64,000 nt of DNA from Neodothiora populina. Taxonomy: Eukaryota. Shown one piece after another: positions 14,598 through 27,014 of this stretch. Positions within the stretch are counted from its first letter, which is position 1. Each line of letters opens with the position of its first letter. Location of the stretch: NCBI RefSeq assembly GCF_041146345.1, contig NW_027191405.1, positions 558,001 through 622,000 of the forward strand, in the 5' to 3' direction. The position numbers and the translations under genes are program-made. The notes under the pieces are model-generated. The model saw only the letters and a list, made by a program, of their open reading frames with translations, did no database searches and had not been told where the DNA came from.

Positions 14598-15398
14598 CTA
14601 GGTCAAGCTCTTGTGGTGAGCGTAGGTGTTTCTCTTGCGCTCGTGCACAGGGGTCTCGCCCGCCGGTGTGCCTGGGATGACTTTTTCCAGTTTCTGTGTT
14701 TCAATCACTTGTCAGTCTTATGGTCTTCCCGAGGGAATCAGTGGGTATAGAAGGTGGGCCGGATGGATGATGAGGGTATGTTTGGACAGAGATTGGGGGT
14801 CGCTCAATTCGACTCTTTGGTTGTAGACAAATCGAAGAAAAGAAAGGCATACCAGGCTGTCAAAGACACACTTGTTCAGAGGTCTCTCGAATCGTCTGCA
14901 CTGCCATAGCTGTTGGTTGTTGTTGTCGAGGCACTCCCAGTGTTTCCTGAACTCGGTCAAGCAGTGCTTGTCAATGTCGCTCAATCTATTTTTCCCAGTT
15001 GATCAGTCAATCGTGCCTGTCGTGAACCATAACAGTGTCTCCGGTGGCTCGAGTAAGGCGAGAGAAACAAAAGAAAAAGAAAAAGACGTACACGCTCGTT
15101 GCGCATCTTGTGACCTTGCGACCCTCCTTCATGCAGTCGACTTCGCCTCGGCCATTGGCGTCGGTCTTGCACATCATGTAGTCATCGTTGTAAGGCTTGC
15201 ATCGTGCGCCAATGAAAAAGGAAGCAGACAGCAAAGGAGCGGACGAGGCACCGATCTCTTGGACTTTGGGAATGTCGTCCGGGAGGGGAGTTGTGTCGAT
15301 GAGGACCTGCTGGTTGAATCTGTTGTTGTTGCATGTCAGAGTCTGTGTATGAAAAGACCAGAAGGCGGGACGCGATACCTGGGTTGCCTGGCAGACAT
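14598..15398 (-). CDS. NDUFA8: NADH:ubiquinone oxidoreductase 20.8 kDa subunit (NDUFA8 homolog); exons 15398-15379, 15319-15092, 14985-14853, 14693-14598
   Basis: MSARQPRFNQQVLIDTTPLPDDIPKVQEIGASSAPLLSASFFIGARCKPYNDDYMMCK...CMKEGRKVTRCA...CLTEFRKHWECLDNNNQQLWQCR; repeated CX9C-type cysteine pairs. Confidence 0.93.
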
Positions 15399-15717
15399 GA
15401 TGTGTTGTTGTGCTGAGTCAAATACAACGGACTGCTCCGGTCTACTGTACAGTAATGGTATGAGGCACACTCTAAGACTCAAGCCGGTGGAAGCGTGCCT
15501 TCCAAGCTGGGAATGTCGAGCAAGCCGACTCGGCAGCTTCCCGATTGGCTGCGCAGCTTTCGGGGAAGGAACAGCGGGAAAGAGAGACGCCATTTCTCGC
15601 TTCTCACGCGTTTTGATATACAGAGTACAGAGTACTAGTGTCCATGAGCTATTGGTGAAATTCAAACAAACATTTTCACGACACTGTTTGTATCCATAGC
15701 GGCTTGATTGTCTCGTC

Positions 15718-17311
15718 ATGTCTCTCTTTGGCAATCTGGGTCAGTCGACCACCCAGCAACAAAACACTGGCTCGTCTTCGCTGTTTGGCGGTGGCTTGGG
15801 AAACAACAATAATGATAACCAGCAACAACAACAACAACAACAACAAGCAAAACCTAGTCTATTCGGCAGTACGATGAATAATCAGCCACAGCAGCAACAG
15901 CAGCAGCAACAACAACAGGTATGTGCCAATAAACCGAGCAGAGCGTTTGCTCCCATGACCTTTCCGCATTCCACATATGAAACATAGCCAGTCACGGTAA
16001 AAGTAAGAGATCCCTTGCTGATTTGATTCATGCAGAACCAACAACCGCAGGTACGATATCTCTAATACTCTCCCTTGCATATTGCGCGTGTCTTTTACAG
16101 CTACGACGACCACTTTTTGTTCTTGCACGGTGGATGCATTCTTTCGCCCGCGACCATGTTCAAGGCAAACATGAGCAGTTTCGGTCCCTTTGCGACAGAA
16201 TCTATTCTACAGTCCATCCAACTAAGACAGATTCGGCAGCAACTACAACAGGCGCAACAGCAGCAGTCGAATGCGCAGCTGCAACAACAGCCCTCGCTCT
16301 TCTCTAGTTTCGGACAGAGCCTCACGCAGAACAATGCAAACTCTCTCGGCTCGTCGTTATTAGGTGCTGCGCCGCCGCAGAGCTTCTCTCAGTCCGCGAT
16401 TGGTTTCAACCGCTCTGAGATGCTGCCCCCTCGTAAGCTTGCTTTCCTATGGCATCACTGACTCCGATGATACTAACGACAGTCTTGCGCAGAACAAAAA
16501 TCCATCCCTGAACAAATGGAGCTGATCCTTCGAAAATGGACACCGGAAAACCCAGCATGCTCGATGAACCACTACTTTTACGTTTCCGTCCCACCAGAGC
16601 GCGCGCCCTTCGTCAGCATGCCCGCCGACGCCGACGAGCGCAGCTGGGAAGAAGCGCTGCGCAACAAACCATTCGAGGGCGCCGTGCCCGTACTCGCGCG
16701 AGGGTTCCAACAGCTCGGTTCGCGTCTGCAGATGCAAGTCGAAGCGGTCAAGCAGCTGCAGCTGAGACTACACGAGATGAACAATTCCTTGGGTGCGATG
16801 ATGGAGAAGCACGAGTTGGTGTTATCTGTGCGCGCAGCTGAGGCGAAGAGACGACATGTGGGACTCAGCCAGCGATGTCTGGCGCTGGCGATCAAGGCGC
16901 AAGTGCTGAGCTCGAGAGGGTTCGTGCTGGACGGAGTCGAGGAAGAGCTGAAGAAGAAGCTGGCGAAGCTGGAGAAGAGTGTGTTTGACCCGGCGTTTGC
17001 GGGCCGCGAGGAAGAGATCTGGGCGCGCATGGTCGCCTTGCGCGAGCGGAGCCGGTGGTTGAGCGAGGAGAGCGAGAAGCTGGGCAGACAGATGGATGGC
17101 GACAACGGGCTGGATGAGGAGGTGCTGAAGAAGACGAAGAAGGTGAGTTTTTGCTTTTCTATACAGGTCAGGTCGAAAGTGAGCCTAATGCGAGAGAAAC
17201 CAACAGATATTGACCGACTACGACGCCCAGCTCGTGCACCTCAAGAAAGAACTCGAGCAGGTCAAGGGAGAGTACGAGGAATGGGCGGCGGCCAGCAAAC
17301 CCAGCACTTGA
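15718..17311 (+). CDS. NUP57: Nucleoporin Nup57/Nup54; exons 15718-15918, probable micro-exon 16036-16050, 16213(or 16231)-16432, 16493-17142, 17207-17311
   Basis: SLFG/KPSLFG repeats and Q-rich N-terminus; KSIPEQMELILRKWTPENP, PVLARGFQQLGSRL, coiled coils, GREEEIWARM, KKILTDYDAQL.HLKKEL. N-terminal exon structure is uncertain. Confidence 0.88.
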
Positions 17312-17871
17312 AAGACTTCGAGTCACTGATATCAGGAGGAGAGGATGGAGAAGTGAATCGATAAAGGTCAGAATAAAGAAGAACACGAGCTTAATGTAAA
17401 ACCATGCTTCTGGCTTTTCATTCCCAGTCGTGTGTATGTTTTGAACATATATCCATTTTTGGTATTCTTGTTCTTGCATGCTGTTGTTACAATATGACAA
17501 TGACGGTAATCATACAACCACCCATGCGCGATACATGTACGCATCCGTCAATGATCGTAGCCTTTCGACCACTGCTACTCGACACTTTCGTGCCAGAAGC
17601 TCTCTTTTTCCAAGTCTTTGTTGCTTTTTCCTCTCTTTCTTTTCAGATCCGGCGGCGGAAGAAATACACATGATCTTCCAGTCTGACCCGGCTGTGACCC
17701 AATCCTCGACTCCCTCCCTATTCTCTCCTCGCCCGAGATTTAGCTCAGGCTCAATGCAGACAGCTCCTTGATCATCGCGGTTTTCATGTCGTTCTTCTGT
17801 TCCCAGGCTTTGTCGTACTTTCCCCTCCTCTCCATTCATCCATGAATCTTCCCGGTTACATCCCGATACAC

Positions 17872-18278
17872 TTAGATGAGTTTCCTGACGTACTCGACGG
17901 CGAAAGGCGCTGTTACTTCAGTCAGCTTGATTCCTCTCTCCGTAGTTCTTCTCAAGCGCATCATCTCCGGCTGCATTTCGACCCGCTCAAGAAAAAGAAA
18001 AGGGAGACTCGGCGCATAGTCTTTCTCAAGTGGTCCCCAGGCTAGATGGTCCACAAGTAAAGAAAGTAAGGGAAAGAGGCAAAGAAAGAAGAGACATACA
18101 CAGATACAGCAAGATGCAAGTGGCGATGGTCTCCTTGACGGTGCGGTTGGCGGCTTGCTCCTGGGCCTTGATCTCGGCCGGGCTGGCTTGCTGCGGTGCT
18201 GTGTTTCTCTGTTAGGTTCTTTCCTCTTTCTCTCTTGACTGTGGCTTTGGTGGTTTTTTTTTTGTTTTTGTTTTTTTT

Positions 18279-18310
<32 letters not shown>

Positions 18311-18332
18311 GGGGGAACGTACGCATGAACAT
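17872..18332 (-). CDS. TOM5: Mitochondrial outer-membrane translocase subunit Tom5 (48 aa); exons 18332-18323, 18198-18100, 17909-17872
   Basis: Spliced product MFMPPQQASPAEIKAQEQAANRTVKETIATCILLYLSPFAVEYVRKLI* matches the Tom5 pattern (S..E.K..E..A..TV; LLYLSPF tail anchor). Introns GTACGT..CTAAC..CAG and GTATGT..CTGAC..CAG. Confidence 0.9.
18253..18315. repeat. T-rich tract plus G26 homopolymer within TOM5 intron 1
   Basis: T runs broken by single G, then 26 consecutive G at 18290-18315. Confidence 0.9.
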
Positions 18333-18807
18333 TTTGATGAGGCCTTGTGGGTGTTATGGGTGGGTTTTGTGGTTGTTGTTGTAGAATAATATATCGAGTA
18401 GTGATGCTCACTTTCTTGCTGCTGCAGACTGGAAGAGCGTGAGTGAGTGACGGAAACAAACGAGTGACGCTGGGTGGAAGGCGCACGGACGTCTTCTTCT
18501 CTAGGTGGGTGCATAATACTTGTGCAAGTCTGATGCATACGGGCGAATGTCGGTAGACAGCCAGAAGTAACAGACGTTCGTTCTTGTCTTCCGCTCACTG
18601 TGGAAGTGGTTGATTGATTGATTGGTTAGTTACTATTGATAATTGAGCTGATATCATCCATCTACTCAAGCACAATAAATCTCTGCTTTACTCTTGTCGC
18701 TTATTTCATCTCTTGTCGCAGCTTCACTTCTTGTGATCCAGAGCAAGCGAAAAGAAGCAGGAGCTCGCCGTACCTTCCTGCTGTTGCAACGCGCGCCATC
18801 TAACTAA

Positions 18808-18811
<4 letters not shown>

Positions 18812-18842
<31 letters not shown>
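18812..18842. repeat. (CT)n microsatellite upstream of the IWS1 start
   Basis: About 15 uninterrupted TC units. Confidence 0.9.
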
Positions 18843-18844
<2 letters not shown>

Positions 18845-18898
18845 ATCTCCTTCTCTTCTACCGCAACAACCACAACTCCTTCGCCAGCCATCAACAGA

Positions 18899-20476
18899 AT
18901 GGAAGACCTCGAGGGCGCCAACAGCCCGCCTGCAGCAGAAGACGTCGCCCTGCCAGAAAGCAACGCCGACCCGCAGGACCCCCTCGCACCCGAAGTCGAA
19001 GAGGAGTCCGCCTCTCTGAACCCTCCGTTCGCCGACCCCCATCAAGACCAGGAAGCCACAGAAGACACGGCGCCCGACGTCCCTGCCCGCGACGATCCCG
19101 ATGATGATATGGTCGACAACGACAAAGACGACCAGCTCAACAACGACGACAACGACGACAACGACGACGATGATGACCTGCGCGCAGACGACAGCGATGC
19201 TCTGTCCGAGGTCGACGAGGCCCAGTTCGACGACTTTGATCCCAACGCCATCGCCATCGAGGAGAGACCCCGTGTCGTCGACGCCAATGGTGTCGCTTTG
19301 CTGGGCAAGCACAAGAGGAAGAGAGATGGCACTGAGGGCGAGGGTGGTGAGAAGAAGAGGAAGAGAAAGGAAGGACGACGAGAGAAGCCCAAGAGAAGCA
19401 AGAAGAGGGTCGAGGAGGGAGAGGATGACTTTGACGCGTCTGCTGCTGATGGAGCCGATGGCGGCAGGAGGAGAAGAAAGAGAGGCACTGCGGAGGAAGG
19501 AGGAGAGACCAGACGGAGAAAGAGAACGCCGAGTGTCGAGAGGGATTCATTGCTGACTCCCGAAGAGCGTGAGTTTTTTTGTTGTTTTCCCTTCTTATTC
19601 AACAATCAACTAACACGATAAACAGGCCGCAAGAAAGAATTCTCTCGTCTCCTCGACGCCGCCCTCGCCAAACCAAAGTCTTCGCGTTCGCGCAAGGCTG
19701 GCATCGATCTCGAAGCCTCGGCCGACGCCGAACTCGAAGACATGCGTCGTCGTATGGCTGAAGCCGCCCAGGCCGACACTCAGGCCCGCGACGCCAACAG
19801 ACCCGCCATGCAGAAGCTGCAACTCCTGCCCGAAGTCGTCGCTCTGCTCAACCGCAACACGCTGCAGCAAGCCCTCGTCGATCCCGACATCAACTTGCTC
19901 GAAGCCGTGCGTTTCTTTCTCGAGCCCCTGAACGACGGCTCCCTGCCAGCCTACAACATCCAACGCGACCTCTTCTCGTGTCTGGCCAAGCTGCCCATCA
20001 CCAAGGACGCACTCGTCGCCTCGGGAATCGGCAAGGTCGTTCACTTTTACACCAGATCGCCAAAAGCAGAGCAGAGCATCAAGCGTCAGGCCGAACGTCT
20101 GGTCGGCGAATGGACCCGTCCCATCCTCAAACGCACAGACGACTACCGCAAACGCGAATTCCAAGAGGCAGACTATGACCCTGTCGCTTTCGCCCAGTCT
20201 CAATCCCAATCCCAGAGAGCAGGCGCACAGGGTCTCAGCGCAGCAGACAAGGCCGCCAGAGCAGCCGCCGCCCGCAAAAAGGCCCTCGAGATCCCCATGG
20301 CCGGCAACAGAGCGAGAGTCATGGGCGGTCTGGGCACTTATACCATTGTGCCGAGGTCCAACACGGAGACCATTCTGGCTGGTCAGGGCCCGCCTGGTTC
20401 AGCGTCGAGGAGGTTGGGCGCCAGGGCTGGAGACGAGATGTTCAAGAAGTTGGGAGGAGGGGGAAGAAGACGGTAG
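18899..20476 (+). CDS. IWS1: Transcription elongation factor Iws1/Spn1; exons 18899-19568, 19626-20476
   Basis: Acidic N-terminus and basic region; TFIIS-N-like core PAMQKLQLLPEV, LLEAVRFFLEPLNDGSLPAYNIQ, SGIGKVVHFYT, LVGEWTRPILKR.DDY. Confidence 0.94.
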
Positions 20477-21030
20477 TCTTTTTCGTTTCTTTTTCCTGCT
20501 TCTAGAGTAGTTCATCAACATGTGCTCTTCTTCTCCTCTGCGACTTTCTCATTTTCCTTTGATGTTTTCTTGCTTGTCTGTGTTACAGCCCACTCGAAGT
20601 TGACGATTTGTGCTTCGAAGAAGAGCAAAGGCGATGGATCAATTGCGGCATCGAAGATACCTGGCTATAGCTCGAGTCTAAAACGATTATCTTCTTCATG
20701 ATAATGTCTATGCTCACGAACCAAAGTGATACAGAAGATGAGTCTGATATCTTGATATCTGGACAGTATAATAATGTACGTATGTATGATTTCCGTTTGT
20801 CATGTACTTTTTGTCCGTTTGCTTATTCTTCTTTGTTTTCTATGGTCTTGTTTTCTATTTCTTGTCCATCTCTCTCTTTCAGGGTGTAGCCTACGGTAGT
20901 TCTCCGTGACTGTACTCGTTCCTGCCCCGGCGTGTACTTGCCCTCTCTCTCTCTCTCTCTCACTAGCTAAGGTATATTCGTTTCTCTCCCAGCTCATGAA
21001 TTATCTTTGTCCCAGACTGTGATGTTTCCT

Positions 21031-21110
21031 CTATTTCCTGACGACGAGTCGAGGCACGATCTACCTTTTGCACTACCCCTTTTTCTAAGATCAAATAGGT
21101 CGACACTTCC
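21031..21110. repeat. Degenerate direct copy of the last ~80 bp of the MAK10 CDS, including the stop codon
   Basis: 21031 ctatttcctgacgacgagtcgaggcacgatctaccttttgcactacc aligns to 21251 ctatttcctgacgacgaggcgaggcacgacccagcctttgcaccacc. Confidence 0.85.
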
Positions 21111-21250
21111 TGCAATCAGCTGTTTCTGTCTCCTTTGCCTGTCTTCTCTTCCCTTTTTATAGTTTACTCTTAATCAAGAAGGCAGAAGAGCCAGAGCCGC
21201 AGTCTTTACTATCACAAGTCTGCATCCTGTCGTTTCCTCTTGCCAGCTCC

Positions 21251-23954
21251 CTATTTCCTGACGACGAGGCGAGGCACGACCCAGCCTTTGCACCACCTCC
21301 TTTCGGGGACAGGCAAGTCGACGCTCTCGATTCTCGACTTTAGCTCTTCGCGTTTCGTTTTTCCTACTGCCACTCCCTCCGCTTCCTGAGCAGAAGAGTC
21401 AAGATCCTTGACATCCCTGACCCTAACGGCATTGCACACGCCCCTAAGCCCCGCAACAACGACGCCGACCGCGACGGAACTCGCCAAACACCCCCTGACC
21501 TCCAGCGCCCAGCTGTCCTCACAGCCGACGAACGCGCCCGACTCGGGCGTCACGGCCGCGTAGACGCTTCCCGTGGCCGAAGGTTTCAGAAGCGATAAAT
21601 CGGCCTTGACCATTTTGAGGCTGTTTTCTATGCCTGCGAGGATGGAGGCGATGGAGCGGGTTGGACGGAAAGAGGTTTTGGACTCTAGAGCTGAGGAGGA
21701 TGGGAGAGGCGAGGGCGTGCCGAGGGTCAGGAAGGGTTTCATGCGTAGCTCGTGGCGGGATGAGGGCGTGCTGTATTTGTGTTTTGCTTGCTGGGGCTGG
21801 GGCTGTTGCTGTTGCGCAGTGGGTGAAGAAGGAGAAAAGGGCACGAGTGACAGAGTGGCGAGCAGTGCGTAGAGCGTCGATAGCGCCGCTGACAGGTTCT
21901 TGCTTATCTTTGCGCGCGTCAGCTGGATGCTGAGTTTCGAGCGTGAGAGCGCGATTTCGTGCGCGAGGGATTCTTGCTCGGCGCGCTGGGATGCTGGGAA
22001 ACTGAGCGTTGACAGGCGTTCGGCGCGGCGCAGGGCGAAAAAGTCGATGTGGCTCAGGTGTTCTTGGCGCGTCTCGGATAGCCATGAGAGGAAGGCGTAC
22101 ATTGAGGCGTGTTCGTCTGGGAGATAGACTTCTGTTTCGAAGCCCAGGTGGATTGTGGTCTCGGCCATGACCAGCTTGTGGTTGTAGGTCCATGCTGACA
22201 GTGCGTAAAACTGCAGCGGCTCGATCTGGCTGACGAATGTCGTTGTTGGTGAGGGTGTTGATGTTGCTGTATGTGCTGCTGCCATGGCGGATGCATCGTC
22301 GATGATCGCGTGGATCTCTGCATCGATGATCTCTGCTTCCGCCTGTAACGAGTCCAAAATCGCCAGACTCTGGTTCAGAGTTCGCCGCACACGACATCGA
22401 TTCTGAGAAAGCATGCGAGGGATGTTGAGATACTCGTCGAGCGCCTTCGACATGAACTCGTCGATCTTCCGTGCCACTTGATGTCGCGGATCGCTCGGCA
22501 GTTCGATCTCCCAGTTTCTGGGATCCAGTATAGCGTCGCCCGCCAGGACCAGTTCGCGGATGTCAGTGACGAGAATATCAATGTGGTCGATACTTGCTGC
22601 GAAACGCGATTCTTTGAACAGGATGCCTTGAAGAATACTGCGGGCGTAGGTGCCAGGCTGAGGCGTGCGAGCCGAATAGTCGCTGACGAACCGAAAGATG
22701 TTCGATGGACTGGGCTCGTGGACGGTGCAGAGACGATACGCTTCAATGTTGTCGGCGCATAGCTTGGTCAGTTTCGGGTATGCCTCTTCCCATGTGATGT
22801 GAATCGTCGGTCGAGGCGGAGCGTTGCTGGCCAGATGTCTCTGTACTCGCTCTGAAAACACCGCAGGGACGGGTTTTCCTAAGCCGGTGGTCGCGTTGAC
22901 TTTGACGAGAACTTCCTGTACAGCTTTCCACAATCGCGTCTTCTCCGCATGGTAGGCCGGACTGAGGTTCTGCATGGCTTGAAGCATCAATTTGCGGAGC
23001 TCAAGACGTGCGCTGAATGCTTCTTTCAGATCAGCAGACAGCTCAAGCGTAGAGAGCGTCTCCGAGGCTTCATCGATGACCTCGATAATGGCGCCATTCT
23101 CAATATCACTTAGAAGATACTGAGTGAACGTCTGCGTCACAAAGTCCTCTTCTTCGTAAAAGTGCTCGCTAAGCACATCCGCGATGACGGAATCGCAAGA
23201 CTTCAGCAATGCAAGACAAAAGGCGCGCATGACATCGCTGATCAGAAGATCCGGCTCTCTCTTGGTCCTGGCTTTGAACACCACTCGTTCCAGCGGCTTG
23301 TACTCCTGTGGAGTGATCGAGTTCAGATGCAGAGACGTAAACAGCGTCTGCGACAGCGGATAGCCGTCGTGCCATGCCATCTTTGATTTCGATCAGCTCC
23401 AAAACTACCACTGAAACATGGGAATTGTAACTTACTTCATAACACAGCATCTGATCCATGATACCGAGAATCTCTTCCGGGAGCATAGGAGTCAATGGAT
23501 CGAAGTTGTCGACGGCCGCATCCTTTTCGGGCATCATGAATCCACTGTCCATCTTGGGGTCCATGATCTGATAATCAAATTAGTACATACCAAGGCACGA
23601 CAAGAAAACAAAAAGAATACTAACCTCCAGAGCCCCGACCGACTCGAACAGAGTAAAGAAGTCATCTTTGATCAGCTGGCCTTGAACGAGATCTTGTTCA
23701 CGGTACACACAGGTCAGCTTTTCAACAGCACCAAGTATAAGTATTATGCTTCTCGCAGAAATGGTGATAGTAAACAAAAAGAAAAAGATCGTCACACCTG
23801 CAGAAGCCCTCGTGAACGCCTCAGTAATGTCCACAGCGCGAGGTTGATTGCTCGAGTAAAACGGGGGCGGTGGCAACGACAAGGCATCTGTCACATATTC
23901 CGTGGGTTCGTGCACGCTGTCGTCTAGATGTAAGCGTGCTATGTCTGGTTGCAT
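21251..23954 (-). CDS. MAK10: NatC N-terminal acetyltransferase auxiliary subunit Mak10/NAA35; exons 23954-23798, 23692-23625, 23567-23436, 23380-21251
   Basis: DITEAF, GQLIKDDFFTLFESVGALEIMDPKMDSG, EMAWHDGYPLSQTLFTSLH, FYEEEDF, QNRCRVRR, LGFETEVY...E...MY. Confidence 0.93.
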
Positions 23955-24439
23955 TATTGTTTTGTGTTGTGGTCTTCGGCGGACGGGTGGTGCATTTGGG
24001 GTGGGGATTTCAATGGTCCGGCTGGCGGCGGTGGAATGGAGGTGGGGGGGGGGGGGGACCGGCTTTGGTCAAGGTCGGAGAGAGTTGAAGATTGGATGCT
24101 CGAGGCGTTTTTGATGCTTTAATGAGACATCAAATACAATGACATGGCTAGAATTGAAATTTGCTTTCTGGCAAGAGTGAGTCACAAAACCAAGGTATTC
24201 ACGGTACACGTGGAGGGTCAAAGTCACAGAAACAGAAAACGGGCACAAGATCACGTAAATGGGTGCAAAAGCATTTCGCCGGGCTTTACAGATGTCCAGC
24301 TCAACTCATGGCTGATATCTATACAATTGCCTCCTGACTCCCCCGATCTCTCGTCCATTCCTCATCGGCATGGCGAATGCGCTTTCAACACTTTCAGCGC
24401 CGACGATGCCCTAGATTCCATGCGCGTGCATTTCCTCCC

Positions 24440-25024
24440 TTAAGAAGACTGGGCGGGGGCGGCGCTGACTGCGGTAGCGAGAGACTTGCTCTCACCGGCC
24501 TTGCCGTTCTGTATAGGAGGATAGTCAGTAATTGTTCCTTGTGGACGTGCAGCACTACAGCTCTCTCAATCAAAAAGCATCTGGTCGCTCGGCTGCGCTC
24601 GTCGCTCTCAATTGCTTGCTCCTTCAAACCCCCGTTCCAGCTCCATTCCCGTTTTCCGTGCCCGATCCAAAACAAGGAAGAAAACGACTTACCTCCCACT
24701 TGGCGAACTTGAGGTCCATCTCTCCTCTCCTCTCGGCGAGCAGTCTCTTGTCCTCCTTGAGCGAGCGGCGGACAACGCGCGCTGCGACGGTGAGGTAGCG
24801 GTTGTAGCTAAACAGCAAAAGCTCTCGGTCAGTATGTACATTCGAGTATTCCGGTTGGACTGCGATTGGTCCGAAGGCATTCTTGTTCTCCCGCAAGTCA
24901 TCCTTGTTCTCTCCCTCCATTCCGTCTTTCGCTTTTCCTGCTCTTGTCCTGCTTGCTCTTTCGGGAGGGGTGGTTCGGGAGTTGTGACGTACGTGAGACC
25001 AGCGGCTTTCCAGGCGGCAGACAT
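24440..25024 (-). CDS. ATP15: Mitochondrial F1 ATP synthase epsilon subunit; exons 25024-24993, 24807-24693, 24508-24440
   Basis: Spliced product MSAAWKAAGLTYNRYLTVAARVVRRSLKEDKRLLAERRGEMDLKFAKWENGKAGESKSL... is the epsilon signature; both introns canonical. Confidence 0.95.
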
Positions 25025-25420
25025 GTTGGCGGTGATTCGAGAGGGAATGTGTGGTGTGGAATGGGTTGCGAGAGAGAGATGATGCAGAGGTGATTGATTC
25101 GCTGCCGGTCCGCCCAAGTCGATTGAGCTTCAAAGTCGGAGGTTCGCGTGCCAAGACTCGACGACTTGGACTTGCCCGGTTCGTCCAGCAACGTCACGTG
25201 CACTGTCTACTATCACTATTAAGGTGCCTTACCTTGGGTATATTGTTCCAAGGTTCTCTACCATGACATGGCACGCCTCCAGATCGTGAACATTACATGC
25301 AATTTTCCTCAACAAAATCAAGTACGGAAATGATTCAAGGTCTAACGCAGAATGCTGGTACAAACTAATGGTACATTCTCTGCATTTCTTCTTCGTCTCT
25401 CTCTGACTCTCCCTACATAT

Positions 25421-27014
25421 TTACACCTTCAGGCCGACCTCGGCAGCGTAAGGAAGCACGTACAAGTCACCGACCGTCGACACACTTGCCTTGCCCTCGA
25501 GAAGAGTCTTGGCAGCCTGTGAGATATAGTCAGTAAATCGTGATTGATAAGTGTCGAATCGATGATTGCCTACCTGCTTGACGGACTGCTCGGTGACGCC
25601 CTCGTAACCCTTGGCGACATCGTCTATTTGGTAAGGCTTGCTGCTCTGCACAAGGCTGGAGCCGGTCAGCTCAAGGCCTGCAGATGTGCTTTGGCCGAAC
25701 TCGAGCTCCTTGAACTTGGCGAGAGCGCGAGCCTTGGAGAACTCCTCCTTGCTGACACCTTGGGCGACCTGCTCGAGGGTCTTGACGACCTCGGCAGCGG
25801 CGCCACGGACGTCCTTGGCGGCACCGGTGAGAGTGACGGTCAGGAGACCGGCGTCGGAAAAGATGTTGCTGTCCGTCTCGATGGTTGCGCCGGGGAACTT
25901 GGCACCGGCCTTGGAGAGGAGAGAAAATCCGGGAGACCACTTGATGGTCGACTGGCCACCGAGGAGAGCGGCGAGGACGGAAATCTCGGGCTTGTACGAG
26001 TCGCCGTTGGGCAGGCTGGATCCGGGGAAAGCGATGACCATGGCGTTGCCGGAAGCGTGGGCGATGCGCTCCTCGCCGCCGTAGTACTCGGTCTTGGTGT
26101 TCTCAATGGACATCTTGGACTGCGAGGGAACGTCGGTGAAGAACTGGTTGACCCACTTGGAGAGCTCGCCAGACTCGACACCGTTCGCGACGACGGCAAA
26201 GTTGGGCTTTGCGTAGGCGGATGCGGCGAAGTCGGCAATGGTCTCGGCGTCGAGGTACTTGGAGAGAGGGATGGAAGACGAAGGGAAGAGAGGCTCGCCG
26301 AGGCCACGGTGGAAGGCGAGGCCAAAGGCAGAGTTGGTGGCCAGTTCCTTGACGCTGCCGAGGAGCTTCTTGCGCTGGAGGTCGATGACGTGCTCAATCT
26401 CCTCGTGGAAGACGTGCGCTAAAAGTGGGCGTGTCAGTATGTGTGTGTGTGTGTGTGTGTGCGGGTGTGTGTGTGCGGGTGCAGCGGTGGGTATGGATCA
26501 GTCTCTTGTGCGGTGCCACATACGTGCGTACTTGGTCTGCGAGGCGACCTCTGCGAGCAGCTCGACAAAGTAGGGCAGGTCGTCTCTGAGGAACTTGGCG
26601 CCGACGACGAGGCCTTCGCGGGTGTGGTTGGTGAAGAGCTCGGATCCGAGGAGCTCGGCTTCTCTCTGGATGCGGAGGGCGGAGCGCTTCTCGGTGTTCT
26701 ACAGGAGGCATTGGGTGTCAGAAAGCAATACACAGACGCATTGACGGCGAGCGGCGCACCTTGAAGGCGTATCCACGGAGACCCAGGGTCAGGCCGGGAA
26801 GAGGCTCATATCTGGTTCCGGCCTTGGAGACAATGGCGAGCTGGGTGGTGGGACCGGCCATGTCTCTGCTGGCGAACTTGACCCCCTTGGCATCACCGGA
26901 CTCGTACTGGAAAGAGCCAGAGGCCGGGGCGGCGAGGCCTCTGCGGTTGGCGGGCTGCCATTGTTGGCGAATGGCCTTTTGTGCCGTCCTGCTGATGGAA
27001 TTGCGCGGCAGCAT
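25421..27014 (-). CDS. QCR2: Cytochrome bc1 core protein 2; exons 27014-26760, 26698-26524, 26418-25574, 25516-25421
   Basis: Presequence MLPRNSISRTAQKAIRQQWQPANRRGLA, KAGTRYE, FKNTEKRSALRIQREAELLGS, VLAALLGGQSTIKWSPGFSLL, FSDAGL, VGDLYVLPYAAE. Confidence 0.94.
26439..26476. repeat. (GT)n microsatellite in QCR2 intron 2
   Basis: tgtgtgtg... with one cgg interruption. Confidence 0.9.

Noticed and set aside
17872..18598. Poly-Pro/poly-Lys ORFs (204, 128, 96 aa)
   Set aside because: Read-through of the homopolymer tracts in TOM5 intron 1.
24044..24057. G14 run upstream of MAK10
   Set aside because: Simple homopolymer, one of several in this region, with no further evidence of function.
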